A stretch of 64,000 bases of DNA from Cenarchaeum sp. (GCA_965242695.1 CBDESU010000001.1:1504001-1568000); one strand, 5' to 3'. Counted from the stretch's first letter, positions 28,012 to 38,022 are shown. Numbers and translations: made by a program. Notes: generated by a model not told the origin, from the sequence alone.

Positions 28012-29070
28012 GTGCCGCACGCAGCGCGGATCGCCTTGCAGTCTCGGACGGCGGCAACCCATATACTCGCGCGCAGGCGCCGCGCGCCACTGACCGCCCT
28101 CATGCACGGGCCGCTGTTCGGCCCCGTCCGCGCGTACCTGTCCGGAAACGACACGGGCCGCGGCATGACGTACGTCTTCTCGCCGCACATAGAGGCGCCC
28201 GTCCTGGAAAGGCTGGCAAAGGGGCTGCGCAACCCGCTCGTCGTCGTCACCACATGGGATCCCGCCGACATCCTCGCGGGCGCATCGGATATCGGGGCGT
28301 ACCGCGTATGCAGGGATGCGGGGGCCGCGCTGTACGTGTCCGACCGCCTGCACTTCACCCTCTACTCGGCGGGCCTGTCGACGGCGATCGTCTCGACGGC
28401 CGAGGCGACCGAGGACGGCATGGCGCCTGGCGGGACCCTGGACATGTCGACGGCCGTCGAGCCGCTGTCGGCCGGCGACCGCCTGTTCATCGAGGGCATA
28501 CGCCGCGGCGCGCGGCTGGTAGACGACTATGCGCACGGGGCGCTCGCCGAGTGGGCGTCCCGCGCTGGCGCCGCGGGCGGGAGGAGTGGGCGGGATGCGC
28601 CCTCGCTGGCCGACCTCGCCCCCCTGCCGGCGCCGGGCGCAAGGCCGTTCCTAGCATCCGACCTGCCGATGACGGCGACCGTCAAGGACCTGGAGACCGC
28701 CTACAGGAGGATAGTGTCGGGCCGCGAGGCGGCGCGCGACGAGGCCGACGCCGCATGCGCGTTCCACGACCTGGCAAACTACATGGTCGGCCCCGACCTT
28801 TCGAAGGGCGGATTTCGGGAGGAGCTTGCAAGGAGGTTCTTTGATCATCCCCTCACGGCGGCTGCGGCAAGGGCAATCGGCGCGGGCTCGGACCTGGACA
28901 AGGTCCACGAGTGGGTCGGGTCGAGCTGCGAGCCCGTCCCCGTGCCGAGCGCGCTCGGCCCCGAGGGTCGCACGCGCGTCCTGCTCGAGTGGATGGCCGA
29001 GCTCGGCGGCGGCGCGTACCGGCTCGACGCCTCGGGTGGCGGCCCCGTGCGGATTGCGGCGGCGCGGTGA
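28012..29070 (+). CDS. Phospholipase D-like nuclease fold protein with degenerate active site
   Basis: FSPHI...GASD...RLHFTLY...AIVSTAEAT..GM parallels the PLD-nuclease pattern SP.I...LHAKLY...GSANLT..GL. Confidence 0.6.
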   Translation: MPHAARIALQSRTAATHILARRRRAPLTALMHGPLFGPVRAYLSGNDTGRGMTYVFSPHIEAPVLERLAKGLRNPLVVVTTWDPADILAGASDIGAYRVCRDAGAALYVSDRLHFTLYSAGLSTAIVSTAEATEDGMAPGGTLDMSTAVEPLSAGDRLFIEGIRRGARLVDDYAHGALAEWASRAGAAGGRSGRDAPSLADLAPLPAPGARPFLASDLPMTATVKDLETAYRRIVSGREAARDEADAACAFHDLANYMVGPDLSKGGFREELARRFFDHPLTAAAARAIGAGSDLDKVHEWVGSSCEPVPVPSALGPEGRTRVLLEWMAELGGGAYRLDASGGGPVRIAAAR

Positions 29071-29161
29071 GCCGGTCCCGCCGCCCGGGCTCGGCGGGCC
29101 CGCATGGGGCGCATGCGCCCCGCGCGGCACGGTTTATTTATCGAGTGGCGGCCGGACGGCC

Positions 29162-29599
29162 ATGGCGGTGGAAAAGTACATTGCCGCGGCCGGCCTGGGG
29201 CTGTTTGCGATGTTTGCCGGCGAGATCATCACCGTATACAACTTCATGCAGGACGAGCCGGTGCAGGCCGGCGCGTTCATACTCGAGCCCGACCCCAAGA
29301 TACTCCAGTTCATCTCGATCGGCGCCGCGCCGGCCCTCGTCATGGCCGGCGTCTCGTTCATGATGGCGCGCCGGTACGGCTCGCGCCCGATAGGGGCCAT
29401 GATAATCGGCGGCGGCGGCATCATGCTGGCCGGCATGGCCGTCGCCCACTCGATGATCGACGGGATAGACCCCGTGTACGAGAGCGAGTTTGTCCCCATT
29501 GTGACGCCGCTGTTCATGGCCGCATCGGTGCCGGTAATGGCCGTCGGCGCGGCGCTGCTGCGCACGCGCGCCCGCCGGCCCAAGAAGGAGTACGTCTAG
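29162..29599 (+). CDS. Four-TM membrane protein (conserved thaumarchaeal type)
   Basis: Hydrophobic helices, PDPKILQFISIG.AP motif and upstream TATA-like tttatttat. Confidence 0.8.
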   Translation: MAVEKYIAAAGLGLFAMFAGEIITVYNFMQDEPVQAGAFILEPDPKILQFISIGAAPALVMAGVSFMMARRYGSRPIGAMIIGGGGIMLAGMAVAHSMIDGIDPVYESEFVPIVTPLFMAASVPVMAVGAALLRTRARRPKKEYV

Positions 29600-30020
29600 G
29601 ACACGCGGCGGGCCGAGTCGCTGTGTGTGCCCCGTGTTGGCCCGGCGAAGGCTGGCAGCGGGCTGCCACATGGCGCCAGAAACGGGCGCCTTTCGGGAGC
29701 AGGGTTCGTCGGGGCGGGCCGGCACCTCCCGCTTGCGGATGGGATCCAATGCCGGGATCCGGATACGCGCCGGCTAGGCTGTGCTAGCCTGCGCTGCTTC
29801 CGGTCTCGCTTGCCGGCACGGCCGGCGCCTCGACGCGGGTGCCCGTGCGGCCGTCGCATTTCCCGAGAGCATGCGCCCGCGCGGCAGCAATACCGCGGCC
29901 GCACCTCCTATGGAGGGGGCAGGGAATCGCCCCGTGCGGCAGGGTGCACTATCCAGCCGCCTGCACCTCTTCCGCGGCGGCGGCCGCCGTTTCGCGCGCT
30001 ACGCCCGTGCCGCGGCCTGC

Positions 30021-30254
30021 CTAGTCTGGGAGCCCGTATGCGATCTTTATTATTAGCGACTCCCTCATGGACACAGGCTCTATCGGCTCGTCCAGCTTGA
30101 ATCCCTTCTTGTCTAGCTTGACAAGCTGGCCGCCGTCGTGCCGGCTGGAGTCTATGATCGTCTGGGCCATCGCAAGATCTACGGCGTTCGTATCTAGCGC
30201 CAGTCCGGGGCCGTGTTCCATCCGGACAATCTCTTCTGGCCGGGATTCCGTCAA
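30021..30254 (-). CDS. Small hypothetical protein coupled to the SocA-like gene
   Basis: TTG start overlaps the upstream TGA. No recognisable motif. Confidence 0.4.
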   Translation of the reverse strand: MTESRPEEIVRMEHGPGLALDTNAVDLAMAQTIIDSSRHDGGQLVKLDKKGFKLDEPIEPVSMRESLIIKIAYGLPD

Positions 30255-30730
30255 ATCAGCCCCGCCCTCGACATGTCGTCCCACGCCTGCTCCACCTGCC
30301 CCGCCGTGAACTCGGGCCGTTTTTCTTCGACCTTTTTCTTTATGCGATCGTCGGGGTCGCCCACTCCGCTGTGTTTGAGGTGGTGCAGGGATGCGGCGAT
30401 CTCCAGGTATGCCGCACCCCTGCCGCGCACAAACGAGCAGAACCTGTCGAACAGCTCGTTGGCCCTATAGGTCGTGAACGGCTTTCCGCCTTCGGGTATC
30501 CGGTCGTACACGCCGCGCAGGTCAAAGCCGTCCATGGCCACCAACGAGCAATACGGGCCGCGCATGTACCACCCAAACTCGTAGCCGCGGTTTATGCCAA
30601 ACGCCTGCAGGAAATAGACCGTTTTTTGAAGCCGCATGCGATCGTCGAACCTGTCCACCGAGAACTTGTAGTCAGGTATATGCTTGAGGATGTAGCCCAG
30701 CTCTACGGCGCTGCGGTTTGTGTTGAACAT
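30251..30730 (-). CDS. SocA/Panacea(DUF4065)/YwgA-like antitoxin-family protein
   Basis: RMRLQKTVYFLQ..G...GYEFGWY.RGPY and LEIAASL motifs. Confidence 0.7.
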   Translation of the reverse strand: MFNTNRSAVELGYILKHIPDYKFSVDRFDDRMRLQKTVYFLQAFGINRGYEFGWYMRGPYCSLVAMDGFDLRGVYDRIPEGGKPFTTYRANELFDRFCSFVRGRGAAYLEIAASLHHLKHSGVGDPDDRIKKKVEEKRPEFTAGQVEQAWDDMSRAGLI

Positions 30731-31024
30731 GCCTACCACATCCTCACATGCGCCCGGGCGGGCGCTGGCACGGGGGCGGCACCTGCATTGTCCGGACAAC
30801 GCGGCGGGGGATAATAAGCGCAGCGCGTATAGGCGCGGGCCCAGGCGCCCGCGTGCCGCGGGCGCATTGCAAGCGATGCTAGACCCTGCCGCCCCGATGA
30901 GCTGCACCCATGGCGGCACGGTCGGCAGCCGCACATGGGAGGGCCGCCTGCGGGTCCATCCGAGTGCCGCACGGCTGGAGGAGTGGATCTGCAGGGTGTG
31001 CCGTAACGAAGGTGTCGGTGCGGG

Positions 31025-31564
31025 CTACGCCAGGCCGCCTGCGCGCCGCCTGCGCGCCGCATTCTTGGCCTGACCCTGCGCCCCGCCCCCTGCATGGTCG
31101 TACCTCATCTCGCTTGCGTGCCGCGCGAACCCGATCCCCTCGTAGAACGGCCGGACATCCTCGGCGCAGTCCAGGATGGTCTTGTAGCACCCGCGCCGCC
31201 CGGCCTCCTCAAGGCACGCCCTGACAAGGGCCGCGCCGATGCCGCGCCCCTGCGCCCGACCGAGCACCGACACGTCCTCTATGTGGCCCACGCGGCTGCC
31301 GCCGTGTATCAGCTTTGGCTCGACGAGGAGGGTCGACGCACCGACCACCCGGTCCCCCTGCCCCCCGTCCTCCTCGACGGCGACCATGACGACATGGTTC
31401 GGGTTGGCCGCAATCTCTGCCATCGCGTCCCGCACGGGGCCGCGAGGCGCCGAGGCGGCGCCGGGGCTTAGGCTCTCTAGCGCCTCGGGCAGGCCGCGGT
31501 CGACGTCGGCCGGCGCGGCGGGGCGCACGGCAAAGGGCGCCCCTCCGCCCCCGCTGGAACCCAA
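31025..31564 (-). CDS. GNAT acetyltransferase (glucosamine-6-phosphate N-acetyltransferase-like)
   Basis: VEPKLIHGG..VGHIEDV.V...QGRGIG and GCYKTILDC...PFYE..GF motifs. Confidence 0.9.
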   Translation of the reverse strand: MGSSGGGGAPFAVRPAAPADVDRGLPEALESLSPGAASAPRGPVRDAMAEIAANPNHVVMVAVEEDGGQGDRVVGASTLLVEPKLIHGGSRVGHIEDVSVLGRAQGRGIGAALVRACLEEAGRRGCYKTILDCAEDVRPFYEGIGFARHASEMRYDHAGGGAQGQAKNAARRRRAGGLA

Positions 31565-31567
31565 GCG

Positions 31568-32281
31568 TCACACCCTCCCGAGCTTTTCGACAAAGTGCTG
31601 GTGCGCCCTCTTGTACGACGCGCGGTCGCCGATGTCCATGAACCCCCTCTTCGTCACGTAGCTTGCCACCTTCCTGCCGTCGGCTATGGCCGATCGGACG
31701 ACGTCGTCCATGCCGTACGGCCTGCCCTCGGGTATGTACCCGAACACGCCGGGGTCGAATATGTAGCAGCCCATGTTTATCTTGGCGCGTATCTCGGGCT
31801 TTTCGTTCCACTCGGTGACGCGCCCTCCCCTGCCGGTCTCGATCACGCCGTACGGCAGGTTGGTCGAGTAGTCGTGCAGGCTTATCGTAGCGAACGGGCC
31901 GTCGCGGCGGTGCTGCCGGGCCATCGCGCGCAGCCCGAACCCGTATATCGAGTCGCCGTACATGCAGACGAACGGCGAGTCGCTCCGGCCGCCGACGAGC
32001 GGCTCGGCAGTGCGGAGCTGTCCGGCCGTCGCGAGCGGCCTCTCGGATGCGGCGTACTCGATCTCGACGCCGAACCTAGAGCCGGACTCGAAGTAGTCCT
32101 CGATGGCGCGGCGCATGTAGCTCACGCACAGCACGATGGACTTTATCCCGTTGGACCTGTTCCACTCGACGAGGTGCTCGAGGAGCGGCTTTTCGCCGAG
32201 CGGCAGCATCGGCTTTGGCAGGAAGAGCGTGTACGGCTGCAGGCGCGTCCCGAGGCCGCCGGCGAGTATTACGGACCTCAC
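31568..32281 (-). CDS. Sugar-phosphate nucleotidyltransferase
   Basis: VILAGGLGTRLQPYT..LPKPMLP, EKP and DIG motifs. Confidence 0.92.
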   Translation of the reverse strand: MRSVILAGGLGTRLQPYTLFLPKPMLPLGEKPLLEHLVEWNRSNGIKSIVLCVSYMRRAIEDYFESGSRFGVEIEYAASERPLATAGQLRTAEPLVGGRSDSPFVCMYGDSIYGFGLRAMARQHRRDGPFATISLHDYSTNLPYGVIETGRGGRVTEWNEKPEIRAKINMGCYIFDPGVFGYIPEGRPYGMDDVVRSAIADGRKVASYVTKRGFMDIGDRASYKRAHQHFVEKLGRV

Positions 32282-32301
32282 GGCGCGGCGCGGGACGGCG
32301 C

Positions 32302-33930
32302 CTATTTAATTTCAGCGGGGGCATCGGGGCCGCGGCCCCGGCGGCGCCCTGCCGCGGCCGCGATTCGGGCGACCTTTGAGACTACGTCGCGCGGGCCCGT
32401 CCCGAACACGATCACCATCGGCTCCTTGCCGAGGTCCCCCGTATGGTACACGATGTCGCGCGGGCGGCGCGCGCCGCGCAGGGCCGCGCTCACTCCCCAC
32501 GACACGGACGACCCCTCGGACCGCTTGACGGCCTCTGGCTCGCGCGCCCTGTCGTACTGCGAGGCGGCCATGCCGAGCGACCTGGCGGCGGCGATCGTCC
32601 GCGGATCGTACCGCATGTTGGCCGCCGCGCGCAGCGCCGGAAACCTGCGCGATGCCTCGACGAGGGCCGCGGCCACGTGCCTCGATGCGCCAAGGGCGGC
32701 GAGGCCCGGGACGATTGCCCCGCCGGACATTGTAGAGACTATGCGGCCGTCAAGGCCGAGCACCTCGTCCGGGGATGCGGCCGGCCTGGGCGCGTATGCG
32801 ATGTTCGTCTGGCACTCTGGTATGTGCCTGCCTATGCCAGGTATGGCGGCAAGCGAGGCCGCGGCGGCCTCGAGTCGTCCGGCCGCAGCCCAATCGGATG
32901 CCCCCGGCCCGGCCTGCTCCAAGCCCGGGCCTGCGGCCGGCAGGGCCCGGGCCGGTGCCGCCACGGGCAGTCCGGCGCCGCGCCGCGCCGCTTCGCTCAC
33001 CGACCTGTGCGCAATGGCGGCCGCCCCGCGCGCCGCCTCTGCAAGCCCCGCCCCCGATGCGAGCAGGGCGGCCAGGGCGGCAGAGTGCGTGCATCCGGAT
33101 CCCCGCAGCCTGCCTCGCACGGCCGGCATGCCTGCGGCGGCGGCCGGATACGGATCCCCCCCGCCGTCAAACACCAGGTCCCTTACCGCCGCGCCGTCCC
33201 GGATGCCGGTGACAATGACGCTGCCGGCGCCCATGCCAAGCACCGCCCGCGCCGCCTCCTCCACCGCGCCTTCCGCGGCGGCCCGCGCCCGCCCCGCCGC
33301 CTCCTCCACCGCGCGCGCCAGGCGCCGGCTGCCGGCGAGCATCCCTAGCTCGTAGACGTTCGGCGTGACGGCGGCGGCGAGCGGCACGATCTCTTCCCTG
33401 TACGCGCCGAGCGACCGCGCGTCAAGCAGCCTCCCGCCCGTGGTCGACCTTACGACGGGATCCACGACGACGGGGACGTCCCTCCTCTGGCCCCTCTTTT
33501 TCTGCCGCGCGAGCCCGCGCAGCAGGGCGGCGCGGACCGCCGACATGGCCTCTGCGCCGCGCACCATCCCAATCTTGACGGCCCCGACCTCAAAGTCCTC
33601 GAATACCGCGCCGATCTGGCCAGATATCATCCGCGCCGAGACGGGCTCCGCCGAGACGAACCTCGACGTGTTCTGGGCGGTAAGTGCGGTTATCGCGGCG
33701 GCGCCGGCGCAGCCGAGCGCCTCGAACGTGGCAATGTCCCTGTACACGCCGGACGCGCCCGAAGGGTCGGCGCCGGCGACCGTCAGCACGACGGCCCCCT
33801 GGCGCCCGCGGCCGCCCTTGGCGCCCCGCCCGGCCCCGGCCCCGATGCGCGGCGCCCGCCCGCGGCCGCCCGCCGCGGCCGCCCCTGCCGGCGCCGCCGC
33901 GCCACTACTCTTGGCCATCGCCGTCCTCAT
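32302..33930 (-). CDS. thiD: Bifunctional HMP/HMP-P kinase - thiamine-phosphate synthase (ThiD-ThiN)
   Basis: VAGADPSGASG, TAQNT, VKIGM, VDPV, TPN..E and GSGCT motifs, plus C-terminal ThiN (IPECQTN, GAS.HVA, GD.GKEPM). Confidence 0.92.
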   Translation of the reverse strand: MRTAMAKSSGAAAPAGAAAAGGRGRAPRIGAGAGRGAKGGRGRQGAVVLTVAGADPSGASGVYRDIATFEALGCAGAAAITALTAQNTSRFVSAEPVSARMISGQIGAVFEDFEVGAVKIGMVRGAEAMSAVRAALLRGLARQKKRGQRRDVPVVVDPVVRSTTGGRLLDARSLGAYREEIVPLAAAVTPNVYELGMLAGSRRLARAVEEAAGRARAAAEGAVEEAARAVLGMGAGSVIVTGIRDGAAVRDLVFDGGGDPYPAAAAGMPAVRGRLRGSGCTHSAALAALLASGAGLAEAARGAAAIAHRSVSEAARRGAGLPVAAPARALPAAGPGLEQAGPGASDWAAAGRLEAAAASLAAIPGIGRHIPECQTNIAYAPRPAASPDEVLGLDGRIVSTMSGGAIVPGLAALGASRHVAAALVEASRRFPALRAAANMRYDPRTIAAARSLGMAASQYDRAREPEAVKRSEGSSVSWGVSAALRGARRPRDIVYHTGDLGKEPMVIVFGTGPRDVVSKVARIAAAAGRRRGRGPDAPAEIK

Positions 33931-35443
33931 CCTCGCCGCCCGCCCCGTCGGGGCCCCCGGGCGGCGGGCCGGCCGGCACGACCGCGCCTATGTCGCACAG
34001 GTTCGTCCCCGTCTGCCCCGTGATCACCGGCCCGCCCGATATGGCCGCCCTTTCCCCTCTTCCCCCTGCCGCCCTTCCGGCCTGGACGGCCCATGTCGAT
34101 CGCTCCTCGAACAGGGCCCCCGTGTCGCTCCCCTCGATGTGCGACCTGACGGCGGCCGCATCGGCGGCGGCCGTCTCGGCGACGGCGCCGGCCGACGACG
34201 TCGTCCCGTCGATGCCGTCCGTTCCGATCGCGGCGACGACGGCCGGCTCGGCGGCCATCGCCGCGCCGCCCTCGGCGATCTCCAGCACTATCCGGGCCAC
34301 AATCTCCTGGCACCGTCCGCCCCTCCCCGATGCCTTCCCGCCGCGCGCCCGGCGCACCCTCACCGTAGTCTCGCCCCCGAACAGCACGCATGCATCGCCG
34401 CCCCCGCCGAGCTTCTCCCAGGCGGACGCGACGCGGGCTGCCGCATCCCCGACGTCGCCGCCTATCGAGATCGTCCTGGCCGAGTACCCCATCCCCCGCG
34501 CCCTCGACTCCATGGCCTCTAGGCAGGCCGTGTTCGTCGCCACGACGGCGTTTGGTATGACGGGGCCCTCGGGCGTGTCCGGCACGCGGCCGGCCGCCCC
34601 GTCGCGCAGCCTCTCGAGGACGGGCCGCGGCATGCGCCTGGACAGGCCGCGGCTCCGCGCGGCGGCGAGCGCGTCGGCAAACGTCGTCGGGTCCCCGTAC
34701 GTGGCGCCCGATGCCACTACGGCCGGATCGTCGCCCGGCACGTCGGACATGAGCAGGGCCGCCGCATCGCACGATGCGCCGGCGGCCAGCCTGCCGCCCT
34801 TTATCCGGGACAGGTGCTTTCGCACGCAGTTGATCTCGGATATTGGCGCGCCGGCGGCGGCGAGCAGATCCGCCGCCCGGGCCTTGTCGCCAAGGTCGAC
34901 GCCGTCGGGCATGCACAAGAGCGACGAGCCTCCCCCCGACACCAGGAACAGCAGCAGCTCCGACCCGCCCCTGTGCGCGACGTACCTCTCGACGGCGCGA
35001 GCCGCCTCGACGCTAGAGCGGTCGGGCTCGGGGTGCGCGGCCCTGAGCACCCTGAACCCGCGCCCCGGAGCCGCTCCCGGCGCGCCGGCCGGCGCCACGA
35101 CTATGCCGCCGTCGACCTTTGGCCCAAGCCACTCGCGCGCCGCCGCGGCCATGCCGAGCGCCGCCTTGCCGAACGCGACGACCTTTACGGAGCGGTACGG
35201 CGAGAGGTCGATCGGCCCGCTGCGCGGCGATCCTGGGCACCAGTCGGCGGCTATCTGCCCCGGCGTGGCGCCGGCCCTGCGCACGGCCTCGCGCGGGGAC
35301 GCGGCCTCTAGCCCCGCCATGAGCAGCTTGAGGGCGCGCCTGCGGGCCCTGCCCGTTGCCAGGGCGCGGTAGTTTGAGATGCCCGGCGGCCAGGTCAGGG
35401 CCGCCGCGCGCCGCGCGCCGCCGCCCCTGCCGGCCCCGGCCAT
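33905..35443 (-). CDS. Glycerate kinase (MOFRL family)
   Basis: AFGKAA, HPEPD, VSGGGS, RKHLS.IKGG, SDVPGD, GGETTV, GTDGIDG and TGTN motifs. Confidence 0.92.
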   Translation of the reverse strand: MAGAGRGGGARRAAALTWPPGISNYRALATGRARRRALKLLMAGLEAASPREAVRRAGATPGQIAADWCPGSPRSGPIDLSPYRSVKVVAFGKAALGMAAAAREWLGPKVDGGIVVAPAGAPGAAPGRGFRVLRAAHPEPDRSSVEAARAVERYVAHRGGSELLLFLVSGGGSSLLCMPDGVDLGDKARAADLLAAAGAPISEINCVRKHLSRIKGGRLAAGASCDAAALLMSDVPGDDPAVVASGATYGDPTTFADALAAARSRGLSRRMPRPVLERLRDGAAGRVPDTPEGPVIPNAVVATNTACLEAMESRARGMGYSARTISIGGDVGDAAARVASAWEKLGGGGDACVLFGGETTVRVRRARGGKASGRGGRCQEIVARIVLEIAEGGAAMAAEPAVVAAIGTDGIDGTTSSAGAVAETAAADAAAVRSHIEGSDTGALFEERSTWAVQAGRAAGGRGERAAISGGPVITGQTGTNLCDIGAVVPAGPPPGGPDGAGGEDEDGDGQE

Positions 35444-35495
35444 GCCGGCCCCGCCGCCTGCAACGTATAATAATGGTCGGCCGGCCGGCCGGCGC

Positions 35496-36440
35496 GTGCA
35501 CACCCTCAGGGTACCCCGCGACATACGGTTCGGCGCGGACGCGCTCGCCGAGACCGAGTACCCGGCCAACGCGCTCATCGTGACGACGGCGCCCCCAGAG
35601 ATGTCGTCCCGCTGGATCGACCGCATGGGCATACGCGACTACATGCTCTACGACAAGGTCACGCCCGAGCCGTCCATCGGGGACGTCGAGAGGCTCGTCT
35701 CCGAGTTCAAGCCGAGGTCGCCGTCGGCGCTGATCGGCCTCGGCGGCGGCAGCTCGCTCGACGTCGTAAAGTACTCGGCAGAGTCGTTCGGGGTGCCAAA
35801 GATACTCATCCCGACCACGTTCGGCACCGGCGCCGAGATGACCACGTACTGCGTCCTAAAGTTCGACGGCAAGAAAAAGCTCCTCCGCGAGGACCGCTTC
35901 CTGGCGGACACGGCCGTGATCGACTCTTTCTTCATGGACGGGACGCCCGAGCAGATCGTAAAGAACTCCGTATGCGACGCATGCGCGCAGGCGACCGAGG
36001 GGTACGACAGCAGGCTCGGCAACGACCTGACGCGGACGCTGTGCGGGCAGGCGTTCGACGTCCTGTACGACGCCATCATGAACGGCAAGCCCGAAAACTA
36101 CCCGTACGGGTCGATGCTGTCGGGCATGGGGTTCGGCAACTGCTCGACGACGCTCGGCCACGCCCTGTCGTACGTGTTTTCCAACGAGGGCGTGCCGCAC
36201 GGCTACTCGCTGTCGTCGTGCACGACGGTCGCCCACAGGCACAACAAGTCAAAGTTCTACGGGAGGTTCAAGGAGTGCATGGAAAAGCTCGGGTTCGACC
36301 GCCTCGACCTAAAGGCGGACGTGTCCGAGGCGGCAGACACCGTAATGACCGACCGCGGCCACCTCGACCCCAACCCCGTCCCGATCTCAAAGGAGGACGT
36401 GGTAAGGTGCCTCGAGGACATAAAGGCCGGCAGTCTCTAG
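35496..36440 (+). CDS. Iron-containing alcohol dehydrogenase, Nitrosopumilus-type (likely malonic semialdehyde reductase of the 3HP/4HB cycle)
   Basis: GLGGGSS.D, PTTFGTGAE and GHALSY...HG motifs. From memory the sequence closely resembles N. maritimus Nmar_1110. Substrate assignment is inferred. Confidence 0.85.
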   Translation: MHTLRVPRDIRFGADALAETEYPANALIVTTAPPEMSSRWIDRMGIRDYMLYDKVTPEPSIGDVERLVSEFKPRSPSALIGLGGGSSLDVVKYSAESFGVPKILIPTTFGTGAEMTTYCVLKFDGKKKLLREDRFLADTAVIDSFFMDGTPEQIVKNSVCDACAQATEGYDSRLGNDLTRTLCGQAFDVLYDAIMNGKPENYPYGSMLSGMGFGNCSTTLGHALSYVFSNEGVPHGYSLSSCTTVAHRHNKSKFYGRFKECMEKLGFDRLDLKADVSEAADTVMTDRGHLDPNPVPISKEDVVRCLEDIKAGSL

Positions 36441-36755
36441 TGGGCCGGCATGCGGCGCGGCGGCGCTCGGCGGCACGCCCACCATCCAATGCAAAACCGT
36501 TGCGCCATGAGTCTACCCGAGTACATGTCCCTCTTCCTCTCGTCCCTCCGCGCATGCCAGGCCCCCTCCGTCCCCGCACAGCGCCATCCCACGCCGCGTC
36601 GCCGCCTGCCGTCCCCCGCACAACTTTAATGTATCGACCACGAGTCCCCGCCGAGGGGGGTGTGCCAGGCATGGAGAATCGGGCAGCACACAGGCGTTCC
36701 GCAGGGCATGCGGACAGGAGGGTTGCGGTGGTGGCGGCGAGGTGCCGCGGCGGCA

Positions 36756-36863
36756 ATGCCGCGGGTGCATGCATCCCGGCCATGGTATGCACGCCTTCCG
36801 GCAAAGGGCACGCTCGACGAGATGAGGATGCCGCGGGTGCATGCATCCCGGCCATGGCATGCA
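36756..36863. repeat. 36-bp direct repeat x2 enclosing a 36-bp spacer (mini-array-like)
   Basis: atgccgcgggtgcatgcatcccggccatggYatgca at 36756-36791 and 36828-36863 (1 mismatch). Spacer 36792-36827 matches the reverse complement of 19599-19634 at 33/36. Confidence 0.9.
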
Positions 36864-36876
36864 GGGGGCGTACAGA

Positions 36877-38022
36877 ATGACCGCAATCCGAAGGCTCCCC
36901 AAGGTCAGCACGAGGAGAGAGTTCATACGCGTCCTCGAGGGCTGGATGGCCCCGTCAGGAGACGATGCGCCGGACGGCGGCGAGGATGCCGCCGCGGGCC
37001 GTCCGACGGACCTCAAGGCGTATGTGCTCGAGTCGAACGCCCCCCTCCGCAGGCGGGCCAAGACGGAACGGGCTAGATGGAGCATGTCCGATACGGGCAT
37101 CCCCGATCTAAAAATCATGAACGTCACGCTGGGCGCCGATGCCCCCGTGCAGTTTTTTGTCGATGTCAGCGACAATAGATTCATCACCATCCATACGAAC
37201 AACAGGGCCGAGGATATGGAGAAGGTCGTCGGCGCGCTAGTCGACGAGTCGTACGGCACGTTCGACAACATGTGGATGTACCATGGCATGCTCGACCACA
37301 TAGCAAAAAAAGTAGGAAGCGCCTTTGTGGGGTTTTCCATAAAGTATACCGACAGGCTGCTCGCCCGCACTGAAGCGAAGCACGATGCGTCAGTTCTTGA
37401 AGATCTGTACATAAATATCAGCGGCCGGAAGGCCACCCGCCTAAGGAACCTCGTAAAAAACGATCGAGACTTTCAAGATATAATGGCATACAAGAAGGTT
37501 CGTATCATGCGGGGCCCTCGCGGTGACGAGAAGGGCTATGTGCACGACGACATCGCAAGCACTGGATACTTTGCCGTCAAACACGGCAAATCGGTCCAAA
37601 ACCATCTGAGCATCGTCGAGGAATCCAAGGAGATATACTCTCGCGCCGTCAGAGGGGTGGAGGACTGCCGGCTAGGCATAGACAAATCCGGCGGCATGGC
37701 GATCGTCAAGGGACAGGCGCTCAATTTCACACTGTCAAAGCAGATAACCAACGTCGAGCAGTTTATCGACGTGGTCTTTAACACCGCCAAGCCGTTTCGG
37801 ATGAGCGGAATAAAATCCGTGATTCAGCCGGGGTATTACCGGGTCCTGGCCGTGGATCTGCACACGGGGGATCCCATGACGTTCGAAATTGCAAGGGGCA
37901 TCATGCGCGTCTACCTCTCGCAGCACAGCTGCGGCAACACGATCATGCGCCTGCTGACAAACCTGCAGTCGTCGTACGGAACAGATACGCGTTGCATGGA
38001 GGTGGATCAGATTGTTGGCTAG
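36877..38022 (+). CDS. Unknown ~380-aa protein, first gene of a lower-GC two-gene unit
   Basis: Clean ORF with atypical codon usage and globular composition (AVDLHTG..FEI...RVYL...CGN...RLLTNLQ). Overlaps the next gene. Confidence 0.8.
   Translation: MTAIRRLPKVSTRREFIRVLEGWMAPSGDDAPDGGEDAAAGRPTDLKAYVLESNAPLRRRAKTERARWSMSDTGIPDLKIMNVTLGADAPVQFFVDVSDNRFITIHTNNRAEDMEKVVGALVDESYGTFDNMWMYHGMLDHIAKKVGSAFVGFSIKYTDRLLARTEAKHDASVLEDLYINISGRKATRLRNLVKNDRDFQDIMAYKKVRIMRGPRGDEKGYVHDDIASTGYFAVKHGKSVQNHLSIVEESKEIYSRAVRGVEDCRLGIDKSGGMAIVKGQALNFTLSKQITNVEQFIDVVFNTAKPFRMSGIKSVIQPGYYRVLAVDLHTGDPMTFEIARGIMRVYLSQHSCGNTIMRLLTNLQSSYGTDTRCMEVDQIVG

Noticed and set aside
36756-36863. Calling this a bona fide CRISPR array
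   Set aside because: Only two repeats, no AT-rich leader, no cas genes in the window, and a credible pseudogene-duplication explanation. Kept as a repeat and a finding only.
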